From NCBI GenBank assembly GCA_965216875.1, contig OZ244207.1, positions 960,001 to 1,024,000 on the forward strand: DNA of 64,000 nt. Direction: 5' to 3'. A program made the translations under genes and the position numbers. The notes beneath the pieces are model-generated. The model had not been told where the DNA came from. It saw nothing but the letters and a program-made list of their open reading frames with translations, and did no database searches. Each line of letters opens with the position of its first letter. The first letter of the stretch is position 1. Positions 30,401 through 39,159 of the stretch are shown here, in pieces. Source of the stretch: Rubripirellula sp. (GTDB lineage Bacteria > Planctomycetota > Planctomycetia > Pirellulales > Pirellulaceae).

Positions 30401-31655
30401 TTCCGTCAGCCCAACTCGATGGACCGTTGCTCGCAGAGAGTGCATAACGCGAGCCGGTGCCGACCGTGTTGACGTAGGCGAGCCCCGAAGGTGCGCCACG
30501 GACGTGGTAAACCGCCAGGTCGTGGGTCGAGCCAACTTCACCAGGGTTCGCATTCCAATAGTTTCGAAACGCGCTAAGCCCACCACTGTGGTTGCCATGT
30601 GAGACGGTGAATGGATCTTCGGCCGAACTCTGCCGAATGATGATCGTTCCAAGCCTGTGTTTGGCACCGGTCGCGTGCAAGTAGCGTCGGTCCATGTTGG
30701 CCGGGATCTTGCCAACTTCAGCCATCACGTTGGCGACACGTTGCTCGGTGGTTGAGCCGGAGTAGTTGTTCAGAAAGGCCGCTGAACCGATTTCTACGCC
30801 AACCTCGAATTCGTAAACACCCATCACGCGCGAGGGAGCAAGCGTTGCCGTGGAGCTTGCCGCGATGTCCGAGGCAGCGGAATCGACGTTGGTCGTTTCG
30901 ATGGGGCCTTCCGAAGCTGCAGTGACTGTCGCGCCCGCGGCCGCGACACAATTCGGGCAACAGCAACCGTTGCCATGACCCGCATGATGGGTTTGTTCCA
31001 GAGCGTGATCCTCCGGGGCGTGATCGGGGATCCCGTCGCCATCATGGTCGTGCGGGACTGCAGCCACCGGGGCAATGAACTCGACGGCGTGCAAACGGTC
31101 TGAGCCGTCGACCGGAGTGATCAACGCGTCACTTCGACCGGGCCGGGTGATGGTGGCAGTCAGTCGGCTGCCATCAAGCCATGCGTAAACTTCATAGCTC
31201 GAGTTCTCGGCAACACCTCCGATGTAGGAACGGTCTTTTCCTTTTGCGAACTCAACCAGTTCGCCCGATCCGTCGTCCAAAAGGAATCGAGTGTTGCCGC
31301 CGTAGACCGAGTGTTTCTCGAGCTCGAGTGTCAACGACTGGCCATCGACGACGACCGTAACCGAGAAGGTGGTCGGTAGGTTGCTCGGGAGATCAAGCGT
31401 TTGTTGCCCCGACGTCGAGTTGCCAAGAAAGCGTGCACTGGACGCGACCTCCGATGCGTTTTCGTCTGCCGAGTTCCATGCCAAGTCATCGGCACTCGCA
31501 TTGACGACCGGGCCACCCAAGAGGTCGGCAGCCAACAACTTGCGCTGCTCCAAACGCTCGAGCCCCAGCATGCGGCGTTTGCGGCTCTCTCGATCGATCC
31601 TTAGTTCCTTTGCGCATCGATAGGAACGTCGAACCTTGGATCGCAACTTTGCCAT
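27402..31655 (-). CDS. Large secreted zinc metalloprotease (reprolysin/M12-like) with planctomycete extracellular N-terminal motif, Ig-like domain, three beta-sandwich repeats, GEVED domain and dockerin/EF-hand-like tail
   Basis: LERLEQRKLLA, HEFGHSWSLGH zinc motif with Met-turn ISIMH, DYGDAP...DGEVEDY and FGDITGDRSVNLFDFAAFR. Confidence 0.85.
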   Translation of the reverse strand: MAKLRSKVRRSYRCAKELRIDRESRKRRMLGLERLEQRKLLAADLLGGPVVNASADDLAWNSADENASEVASSARFLGNSTSGQQTLDLPSNLPTTFSVTVVVDGQSLTLELEKHSVYGGNTRFLLDDGSGELVEFAKGKDRSYIGGVAENSSYEVYAWLDGSRLTATITRPGRSDALITPVDGSDRLHAVEFIAPVAAVPHDHDGDGIPDHAPEDHALEQTHHAGHGNGCCCPNCVAAAGATVTAASEGPIETTNVDSAASDIAASSTATLAPSRVMGVYEFEVGVEIGSAAFLNNYSGSTTEQRVANVMAEVGKIPANMDRRYLHATGAKHRLGTIIIRQSSAEDPFTVSHGNHSGGLSAFRNYWNANPGEVGSTHDLAVYHVRGAPSGLAYVNTVGTGSRYALSASNGPSSWADGTLVHEFGHSWSLGHVPSTRSPSFYEYRPRSNGAASGGSGNFISIMHGSGTHNIGRMSSGEANQVFGVLQGKQGHGDLIANPGNIKPFGNVDIVTTNGGATTIDVVANDFDANNDVLDARLRDTVSYRGGTISLSAGTGPGGRNELVYTPPAGFNGDDFFHYNVIDTAGAQEWGAVHITVNAPTTINLSQSAYFYDVGTATSPLFVHPSDDYQRLSDQTFGDLGFESSGPNDVESRDRGSISGVNAMNRDHIRLRSPSTFSHKLASGVYQIMLTVGDATENTDSMDLTAEAAVTLRTQGHSPQTFTNYTLNDVTVTDGELNLDIATRGFSANITRIIIRKTGEAPLYLNQDQNRFDFDLGTTESPVHPGWTRIHDEIEGDVWWSGDVDAAYHPEVNNNNINRDYITSTQTRTLNLRVPNGYYTVTTNLGGGIALRDNMVLRAQDVVLASDVDAPAGSFPYASGTDLLVEDGLMQLEISDTGDEAEATPGWAWTRLTLIRTRDLPTVLDPAQTQFNFDIGTFESPVQPGWIGITPRTHGDVWWTGGVDSGYHPEVNNNDINRDYATSTQTRTLNLNVPNGYYNITTNLGGGITLRDNMSLRAEGVVLAADVDAAAGSFPYASGSNIAVIDGVLNLEIADSGDDTDATPGWAWTRLSITRTDDIGFDYGDAPNTFATLHSEDGARHADRGPRLGDSRDTEPDGQPTADASGDGTDEDGVLFGEINAGSAMAGVNLDLQGTSTGFADAWIDFDGDGVFQADEKILDAVALTAGLQTLNYNLPASLDPADVIARVRVSSSGGLGPSGLAADGEVEDYRVSISNPEVVDSILINDGLGQRSTVSRLTVHFDQEVTAPASAFAVTNRGTGETVASLDVQSSVVDGRTVSVIEFNPGVGVHEFPNAPNSLYDGEYELVIDSSQVQLAGGGAAMTNDYRFGDEAADTFFRKFGDITGDRSVNLFDFAAFRAAYGTSSGNPNFDAGFDSNGNGAIELFDFAQFRSRFGT

Positions 31656-31855
31656 CGTGAAAACACCGGAATGATAAGAAGAGTAATCGCACTCTTGCCG
31701 AGGCGGGGTGTGTAGGGGCCATCAATCCCCTCCGCTAGCAGCAAGGTATCGGCGCGCACATACATCGTTTCAATACTGCCGAAGGGACGAGATTCGGACA
31801 AGAGAATTGTGCGAAAGTAGCGATTTCCGAGGAAACTTGGCGTCTGTCGCCGTTT

Positions 31856-32146
31856 GTAGTCCCGCCTTCAGGCGGAATGCGTGAAGATTCCGGCGAAAGC
31901 TCGGTACTACAAACTGCATTTTCCGCGCCCGTAGCTACCTTCGCCAGAAGGTGGTCCGCGTTGGTTGGGCTGTCCTAAGAGCCTGCACAAAGTGGCGAGC
32001 GTAGCGCCGTTCGTAGTCCCGCCTTTAGGCGGAAAGCGTGAAGATTCCGGCTAAAGCTCGGTACTACAAACTGCTTTTCCGCGCCTGTAGCGTAGCTACG
32101 GCGCAAGTGTTCAGCGCGAACCGGTGCCATGCAGAGCATGACCTAC
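31856..32146. repeat. BIME-like mosaic of several GTAG REP families
   Basis: 55 bp doublets at 31856-31910 and 32013-32067, GTAGCTACCTTCGCCAGAAGGTGGT at 31931, and CATGCAGAGCATGACCTAC near 32128-32146. Confidence 0.85.
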
Positions 32147-33204
32147 GGTGTTTCGGCGGCGGGTGCTGGTGCGGTCTCGGTCTTGGTGAGACGACTCGAC
32201 GGCGTGGCGTCTGCTTCGACGTCGCCAAGCGCGTATTGAATACCATCGACGTAATGCTGCAGGATCGGCGGATGCCAGAACGTCGAGTTGTTGTGACCAA
32301 AGTTCGAGTAGAAAACACGCCCCTGACCAAATGTGTGAATCCACGCGACCGGACGCACCGTCTCCTGTTGAGCCAATGGTTTTTGCTTCGGGTGCAGCTC
32401 CTTCGCTTCGCGGTTGTGTGGTTGATCCGCATCGAGGCTGATCAACACCCGCGAGTGGTCGCGCGAATGACTGCCGTCACGATAAGCATAGATCTCATCG
32501 CGATGCCAAAAGCCTTTGTTGTCGAAGGAAAGATTGAGCGGATGTGCCGGCGACTCGAGTTGAAACGCCCATGTCCCGGCCGGAAGCCACGGGTGACACC
32601 AAAACACACCATTGATCAGACGTCTACCTTCCTGCCAGCCGCGTGAACTGTCGGCGGCGGCGTGAATCCCAATCAATCCACCGCCGCCACGAACGTAGTC
32701 GAGGATCGCTTTTTGTCCCGCGGCGCCGACCGTAACGTCAAAGTTGGTCGTGTTGTTTAGCAGCAGCGCGTCATACTTCGCTAGATTCTCGAGATTGATG
32801 TCGGCTGGGTCATCGGTAAGTGTCGGCTCGTAGGCACCGGTTTGAAGACCGATCTGGTCAAAGGCCAAGCACCCGGTCGCGATCGAAGCGTGCGGGTATT
32901 GGCAGCGATAGAAGACCAGCAGCTTGCGTTTCTTGGCCGGTCGTCGACTCTTCAAAGTGGAAACGGCTTCACTCACCATCCGCGTTTCAACATCGGTCGG
33001 ACCATAGAACCCAAAGAGCACTTCTCGCTTTTCTTTCCACTCGAAACTCGGCCAACCGTTTGGTGCGCGCGACCGGGGCGATCCGTACGTTCGCACTTGC
33101 TCCGAAATGACCGGGTCTTCAGCGCAGGCTGGACCGCAGAAGGATGCAAAGACGAGCATCGCTGCGGAGAACATTAGGGCGTTGATTCGTCGAGTTCGCA
33201 TCAT
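32143..33204 (-). CDS. ThuA-like (trehalose utilization) domain protein, secreted
   Basis: Signal peptide; HASI, YDALLLNNT, GGGLIGIHAAAD, FWCHPW, DEIY, GRVFYSNFGH. Confidence 0.88.
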   Translation of the reverse strand: MMRTRRINALMFSAAMLVFASFCGPACAEDPVISEQVRTYGSPRSRAPNGWPSFEWKEKREVLFGFYGPTDVETRMVSEAVSTLKSRRPAKKRKLLVFYRCQYPHASIATGCLAFDQIGLQTGAYEPTLTDDPADINLENLAKYDALLLNNTTNFDVTVGAAGQKAILDYVRGGGGLIGIHAAADSSRGWQEGRRLINGVFWCHPWLPAGTWAFQLESPAHPLNLSFDNKGFWHRDEIYAYRDGSHSRDHSRVLISLDADQPHNREAKELHPKQKPLAQQETVRPVAWIHTFGQGRVFYSNFGHNNSTFWHPPILQHYVDGIQYALGDVEADATPSSRLTKTETAPAPAAETP

Positions 33205-33262
33205 GGATGACGCTCCGATGGCAAGTCGATTGATGAAACGAAAGATTGGACGAGCCGGAGCG

Positions 33263-34777
33263 CTATTGCTGTTCGCCCTTGACGATCACTTCAGCAAGTC
33301 CGAGCGTCGTTTTCTTGGCGATTGCTTTGATGCGAACCCATCGTCCCGAAACTTCTTCGTCGACAGTCGAAAAGGCCAACAAGTCTTGCGTTTTGAACTC
33401 GGGCGACGAAGGCTTGAACCGTCGTGTCCAAACGACGCTGCCATCGTTGTCGAGAACGCTGACCGCGAGGTTGGTCGGTTTTCGATCGTTATCGTCGGTC
33501 TGGAAATGGATTTCAAATCCGTCAATGCGGCAGGTCGCTTGTAGGTCGACTTGCCACCAGGGGCTCATCTCTTCGACCGTCATGGCGGCCTGTTCCATCG
33601 CGCCGATTCCTTCGGTCACTCCATCGACTGCGATTTCGGCGCGCGGGCGAGCACGCATGTCGATCACCGGTGGACCCGTGCTTGATTGGGTCGCAGGTTT
33701 GTAGAACGCAAGGTTCTTTGACACGTCATATTGAAAACCCCAGTTGTCTCCCGCTTCGGTCAGGTCGGCCGGCTTGTCCCATTCACGAGCCACTTCGGCA
33801 AGACGCTTGGAAACGTTGTCGTCGAGTCGTCCGTTCGGACCCGGAGAGATGTTTAGCACGTAAACGGAGTTGTGCGAGTTGTAGCTGTCGAGCTGCTTGA
33901 GGATGTATTCCTTCGACTTGGGAACGCGGTATCGAGGGATGTCGTCCCACCACCAATCGCCTTGTGACGTGTCAGAAGCTGCCGAGGGACGCATGTAGTC
34001 AGGATGGTATGGGTAGGCTCGGCCCGCCGCGTCGGCGAAGGGAACGTCGGCGTGGGCCAGGTTCGACTCGTAGGTGTGGCTAATGATCAGGCACTCGGGC
34101 TGTAGCGATTTGACATGTCGATAAAGCTCGCCGTAGTGCACATCATCGAAATCGGGAAGTGTCGGCCACGTGCTCCAACCATCGAAGTTCATGTAGTCGA
34201 TCGGGCCATAGTTGGTCAAAAGCTCCGTGAGTTGATCCTTCATGAAGTCGATCTTATCGCGGGTGACCGTTCCGTTTTCGATCCCGTGGTGGTAATCGAG
34301 GATTGAATAGTAGAAACCAATCTTCAGTCCTCGTTTGCGGAACACCTTGACGAATTCGGCAACGACGTCTGTCTTCACTGGCGACGACGCAACGTCATAG
34401 TCGGTGTGCTCGCTATCCCAGATACAAAAGCCGCCGTGGTGTTTGGTCGTCAACCAACCGCCTGCCATCTTTGCGTCAATGCAAACCTGTGCCCATTGAT
34501 CGCAATCGAGCCCCGAGGGGTTCCACCACTCAACCGGTTCGCGACCGCTGCATCGACCAGAGTGGGTTTCTTCGTTCACGTTCCGAAACGTGCAAAGGTT
34601 GTAGTGGAAGTAGGCTTGATACCGAGTGTTCACAAAATCGAGCAGAGCATCCTTGGAAAGGGTCTGGCCGTGGGCGACGCCAGTGAGTGGCAGCGCGAAG
34701 AACAAACAGGTGGGCAGTGCGAGTCGAATCCACGCAGAAAAGCGATGAGGGCTCATAGGGGAGTTTGGGCTTGTCAC
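33263..34777 (-). CDS. Alpha-L-fucosidase (GH29) with C-terminal discoidin/fucolectin-like module
   Basis: LTTKHHGGFCIWDS, GLKIGFYYS, QLTELLTNYGPIDYMNFDGW, LNISPGPNG; C-terminal NLAFYKPATQSS...PWWQVDL. Confidence 0.92.
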   Translation of the reverse strand: MTSPNSPMSPHRFSAWIRLALPTCLFFALPLTGVAHGQTLSKDALLDFVNTRYQAYFHYNLCTFRNVNEETHSGRCSGREPVEWWNPSGLDCDQWAQVCIDAKMAGGWLTTKHHGGFCIWDSEHTDYDVASSPVKTDVVAEFVKVFRKRGLKIGFYYSILDYHHGIENGTVTRDKIDFMKDQLTELLTNYGPIDYMNFDGWSTWPTLPDFDDVHYGELYRHVKSLQPECLIISHTYESNLAHADVPFADAAGRAYPYHPDYMRPSAASDTSQGDWWWDDIPRYRVPKSKEYILKQLDSYNSHNSVYVLNISPGPNGRLDDNVSKRLAEVAREWDKPADLTEAGDNWGFQYDVSKNLAFYKPATQSSTGPPVIDMRARPRAEIAVDGVTEGIGAMEQAAMTVEEMSPWWQVDLQATCRIDGFEIHFQTDDNDRKPTNLAVSVLDNDGSVVWTRRFKPSSPEFKTQDLLAFSTVDEEVSGRWVRIKAIAKKTTLGLAEVIVKGEQQ

Positions 34778-35240
34778 TTGGTTGTCTCGGGCGTCCTAGA
34801 GGGTTGGCATGGTGACGGCTGATCGAGCGCCAGCAGAGTCCATCGGAAAATGCGGTGGTTCGAATTCAGCAAGAAAGGAGGGCGAGTGCTGACAACACGA
34901 AGCTGCGGTCCGTGTCGTCCCAGGGTGGGGTTTCTCTACCCGGATACTGCCTGCCACGGGCATTTCAGTCGCAAAAAAGGGGATTCTTTTCCCTCTTTTT
35001 GCCAGAGACCGACACAAAGTTTGAATTCAATTTCTCTGCTGAGCCGTCAAATAAGTCGGCATCGCCGGCAAATTGGTTGCGGCAATGCGAAAGAGACGAC
35101 CGTGGCAGAGACGAGTAGATTGAAGTCCCCACTTCTTAGGCTATAGAGAAGGGGTGGGCTTTAGGGGCGTTGGGGAAGCCGACTATCCTATCTGGCCGAT
35201 CACCTGGCGGACTCCAGCCAAGATGGCACCAAGAGAAACC

Positions 35241-36560
35241 ATGAGACACGCGCGTTCCAGCAGAAATTCGAGCGGCCTTAGTCGTCGCAGTTGTCTGGCC
35301 ACCATGGGGGCTGGATTTTCGCTGCCCTTCTTCGAATCCGTTACCCGCCCCGCGGCGGCGTCGACCCCTTCAGAGAAACCGACCTCGAGCGAGAAACCGA
35401 CCTCGAGTGACGCGCGGTTGGTTTGCTTGGGCGTCTCGTTAAGCATGTACCCGCGCGAGTGGAATCCTGAGCAGACTGGTTACGACTACAAAGCTCCGAA
35501 GCTGATCGAACCGCTCGAATCGCTAAGAGACGACTTCACGTTGATCTCGAATACGGATCATCCTGGCGTCAGTGGCGGGCACAACGGAACGGCTGCATTC
35601 CTTTCTGGTGTCTACGAGCCCGAGATGGTTGGCCAGTCGATTGTGATTCGCAACCAAGTCACGTTCGATCAGCTCGCCGCAAACAAGCTCAACGCCGACA
35701 CGCGATACCGCTCACTCCAGTTGGCCGTTGCGCCGCTGGAACAAAACGACACGATCTCGTGGAACGACAAGGGCGTGCCTCTGCCGGCGATTTCCGATCC
35801 GCTGGAGGTCTACCGACAACTCTTTGTTGATGATGAAACACCCGAGCGAACCGCGCGCGCGCTCAAACAAGGCCAGAGTGTCCTGGATGTGATGCGAGAG
35901 GAAGCACGGGCACTACAAACACGCTTGTCTGGATCGGACCGCAACCGGTTTGAGCAGTTTCAAGATTCGGTGCGTGATGTCGAGAACGGGATCCGCCGCG
36001 AATTGGAATGGCTGGCAACACCAAAACCAGGTGCGCCGCCCGTGACGCAGCGACCAACCTCGTATCATCGCAACCTCGATCTACAGCTCGAGCTCACCGC
36101 TCTTGCGCTTCAAACCGATTCGACACGTGTCGTCTCGGTTGGCTTGCCCGGAAAAGGCATGCCCATTCACGTCGGCAATCGAAAAGCCAACGGCTATCAC
36201 GCCGAATCTCACCACGGCAAAGATCCAAAGGTTGTTGATCGGCTTGTCGAAATCGAACTCGAGCACACCCGCTCGTTGGCCAAATTCTTGAATCGGATCA
36301 AGTCGATTGAAACCGATACCGGTTCGCTGCTCGATTGCACTCAGGTGCTCTTCGGAAGTGGACTTGGCAATGGCAGTTCCCATTCCAATCGCGACTTGCC
36401 AATCTTGCTCGCCGGTGGTGGCTTTAAACATGGGCGTCACTTGAAGCTCGACGAAGGCACTCCGCTTTCGAACCTGTTTGTCACCATGATGCAGCAGATG
36501 GGGCTCGACACCGATTCGTTTGCCGGCAGCAACGGTGCCATCGATGAGCTACTGGGATAG
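35241..36560 (+). CDS. DUF1552 domain-containing protein
   Basis: LSRR Tat-like motif, TFDQLAA, ALQTDSTRV, HAESHHG, LLD..VLFGSGL, HSNRDLPILLAGG. Confidence 0.9.
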   Translation: MRHARSSRNSSGLSRRSCLATMGAGFSLPFFESVTRPAAASTPSEKPTSSEKPTSSDARLVCLGVSLSMYPREWNPEQTGYDYKAPKLIEPLESLRDDFTLISNTDHPGVSGGHNGTAAFLSGVYEPEMVGQSIVIRNQVTFDQLAANKLNADTRYRSLQLAVAPLEQNDTISWNDKGVPLPAISDPLEVYRQLFVDDETPERTARALKQGQSVLDVMREEARALQTRLSGSDRNRFEQFQDSVRDVENGIRRELEWLATPKPGAPPVTQRPTSYHRNLDLQLELTALALQTDSTRVVSVGLPGKGMPIHVGNRKANGYHAESHHGKDPKVVDRLVEIELEHTRSLAKFLNRIKSIETDTGSLLDCTQVLFGSGLGNGSSHSNRDLPILLAGGGFKHGRHLKLDEGTPLSNLFVTMMQQMGLDTDSFAGSNGAIDELLG

Positions 36561-36566
36561 TCATCG

Positions 36567-38963
36567 ATGAAGTTACTTACTGCACCGAAGTCGGTGCTAT
36601 CGCTGTTGCTGTCGTTTGTTTGGGTGTTGGATTGCGCTGCCGACGATGAGTTTTCGGTGACCGTTGATCGCTTCACCCAGAAGCACTGCGCCGAGTGTCA
36701 CGACGCACGCGAAGGTGAGGGAGATTTTCGTGTCGACCTTCTGCCCCGTTCACTCGGGAGTGCCAAAAATGTGGTCGATTGGCAGATGGCACTCGACCTG
36801 GTCAAAGCGGGCGAGATGCCGCCCGAGGAAAGTGATCGCCCCACCGTAGACGAAGTTCGTGAATTCACCGAGGCGGTTGAAAACGAAGTTCGAAAATTTG
36901 CCCAGTCCAGCAGCGATAGCGATGTTCCCGAGTTTCGTCGGCTGAGTCGGACCGAATTGGACAACACGGTGCGCGACCTGCTGGGGACACGGCTCAAGCT
37001 TTCGAGAAACCTTCCGTCCGACCCGGTGGTGGGTGGTTTTGACAGCATTGCCGCGACGATGGGGCAGTCGACCGAGCATATCCGCGTCCTGCAGCGAAAC
37101 GCTCGAGCGATCGCAAGTGACGTCGTCATCGATGGCGACAATCCGAATACTGACCGCCACTATCCAAGACGGCGACTCCGCCACGGCTATTCCGTCAAAC
37201 GCCAGCGCGACGAGTTGGTGCTATGGAGTAGCCGCAATCGCACCTATGTCGCATGGCCTGATGGTTTCGTCGCCCAGCGCACGGGAGTCTATCGCGTTTC
37301 CATCACGGCGTACCAAGTCAACAACATCTACGAGCTTCGTCGCCAAGGCAAAACGATCGAAGCCAAGGATGACATCGTTAAGAATGCACTGAGAAGGCCG
37401 CTCCCGGAAGACCGCCTCCGCCAGGTGGCGATCTCTGCGATGCAGGCCCCCGTCAATGGAAACGATGCAGCGACGGTCGGTGGTCGCCAAGTGGGAATTA
37501 CCGAGGTTGGCACGACGATGTCGACCGTGTCGATCGATTGTGAATTGGTTGCCGGCGAAGGCATCTTTGTCAATCCAGTCGACTGCCCGCGGCTGGTGAG
37601 TCGACCGATTGCCGATGTCGACTCCGAGCGAATGTATGTCGGCGAGATGCTCCATCTCAAAGAGGTTCGCGTTGAGGGTCCGCTGGTCGAATGGCCATCA
37701 CGCGTGACTTCGATTCTGCTCGACCAACAGGGAGAACTGTCGACCAAGGGGCTCGGCGAGTTCTTGTCGCGCGCGTTCCGCCAGCCGGTTGGCGACGATG
37801 TGGTTACTCTTTACGAGTCATTGTTTCGATCGGTGACGCAATCGGGCGGATCGGTAAACGACGCGTTGCGACAGGTGGTCGAAGCGGTCTTGTGCTCGCC
37901 TCGTTTTCTTTATGTCCGCAGCGGCATCGGCGGAGTCGATGAAGCCGATCAAGCCTGGACGCTCGCTTCTCGATTGTCCTACTTTCTGTGGAACACGTTG
38001 CCCGATGACGAGCTGCGCGAGCTTGCCGCAAAGGGTGACCTGCTGCGTGAGGATGTGTTGCGCGGGCAAGTGGCGAGGATGATTGCGGATCCCAGGTCCG
38101 ATGGCTTTGTGATTGATTTTGCGGGGCAATGGTTGGGACTTCGACGTGTTGGCGCGATGATGCCCGACCCGAAGCTCTACCCGGACTACGACTCCGAGTT
38201 GGAACGTGCGATCCGGCAAGAATCCGAAGAACTGTTTCGCCACCTTTTGACCAACAATTCGAAGATCACGGACTTCATTGATCCGGGATACGCGATGCTG
38301 AACGAGCGTTTGGCTCGCCACTACGGTGTCGACGACGTGTCGGGCACTGACTTTCGAAAGGTGGTTTTGCCAGAGGGGCATCCGCGCGGTGGACTGCTCG
38401 GCCACGCGAGCATGTTGACCACCACTTCCAATGGAACGCGCACGTCACCGGTGATCCGTGGAGTTTGGATCCTCGAAAACTTGCTTCATTCGCCACCACC
38501 GCCCCCACCGGCGGACGTCGAGCCGATCGAACCGGACACGCGCGGTGCGAGCAGCATTCGTGAGATGCTGGCCAAACACCGTGACGTCGATTCGTGTCGC
38601 GAATGCCATCGTCGCATCGATCCTTGGGGGTTCGGCCTCGAGAATTTCAATGCCGTCGGTGCCTGGCGCGAGCACTACGGCAAGGGTGGCAAGGGCAAGG
38701 CGGTCGATGCAACGGGACGCATGGCGAGTGGCGAATCGTTCGACGGCGTCGTTGAAATGCGTGGGCTTTTGATGCAGCAGGAAGAACGTTTCACGCACGC
38801 GCTCGCATCGAAATTGCTCGCCTACGCACTAGGCCATCCGGCGACGGTGAAAGAGCGTGTTGCGATCGACGAAATCGTTTCTGCCAACGCGCATTCGGGC
38901 GGCCGCTTCGCTGACCTGATCACCGAGATCTGCACAAGCCAAGTCTTTCGCGGCAGCAAATAG
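36567..38963 (+). CDS. DUF1592/DUF1588/DUF1587 (PSD/PSCyt) multidomain cytochrome-c-like protein
   Basis: CAECH and CRECH heme motifs, RRLSRTE..NTVRDLLG, LASRLSYFLW, FAGQWL, RTSPVIRGVWI, IDPWGFGLENF. Confidence 0.92.
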   Translation: MKLLTAPKSVLSLLLSFVWVLDCAADDEFSVTVDRFTQKHCAECHDAREGEGDFRVDLLPRSLGSAKNVVDWQMALDLVKAGEMPPEESDRPTVDEVREFTEAVENEVRKFAQSSSDSDVPEFRRLSRTELDNTVRDLLGTRLKLSRNLPSDPVVGGFDSIAATMGQSTEHIRVLQRNARAIASDVVIDGDNPNTDRHYPRRRLRHGYSVKRQRDELVLWSSRNRTYVAWPDGFVAQRTGVYRVSITAYQVNNIYELRRQGKTIEAKDDIVKNALRRPLPEDRLRQVAISAMQAPVNGNDAATVGGRQVGITEVGTTMSTVSIDCELVAGEGIFVNPVDCPRLVSRPIADVDSERMYVGEMLHLKEVRVEGPLVEWPSRVTSILLDQQGELSTKGLGEFLSRAFRQPVGDDVVTLYESLFRSVTQSGGSVNDALRQVVEAVLCSPRFLYVRSGIGGVDEADQAWTLASRLSYFLWNTLPDDELRELAAKGDLLREDVLRGQVARMIADPRSDGFVIDFAGQWLGLRRVGAMMPDPKLYPDYDSELERAIRQESEELFRHLLTNNSKITDFIDPGYAMLNERLARHYGVDDVSGTDFRKVVLPEGHPRGGLLGHASMLTTTSNGTRTSPVIRGVWILENLLHSPPPPPPADVEPIEPDTRGASSIREMLAKHRDVDSCRECHRRIDPWGFGLENFNAVGAWREHYGKGGKGKAVDATGRMASGESFDGVVEMRGLLMQQEERFTHALASKLLAYALGHPATVKERVAIDEIVSANAHSGGRFADLITEICTSQVFRGSK

Positions 38964-39159
38964 CCTCGCACCTGTTTCTCTTGCGTCTGTCTTTGGGCTC
39001 GTCTGTGACCGCGCGATGTGCGGCCGTGTAACCGTTCGTCACATGCGTGAGCCGAACGTCTTGGCATTCACTAGACTGCATGGGTGCACTTCACGCTGTT
39101 CTTTCAACGGCAATGAGACGAATCAATACGCGGGATCGGTGCCTTTGCACTGCAGGAAC

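Noticed and set aside
35372..35407. 18 bp tandem duplication in the DUF1552 gene (SEKPTS twice)
   Set aside because: It is an in-frame duplication in a low-complexity linker after the signal peptide, with no sign of phase variation.
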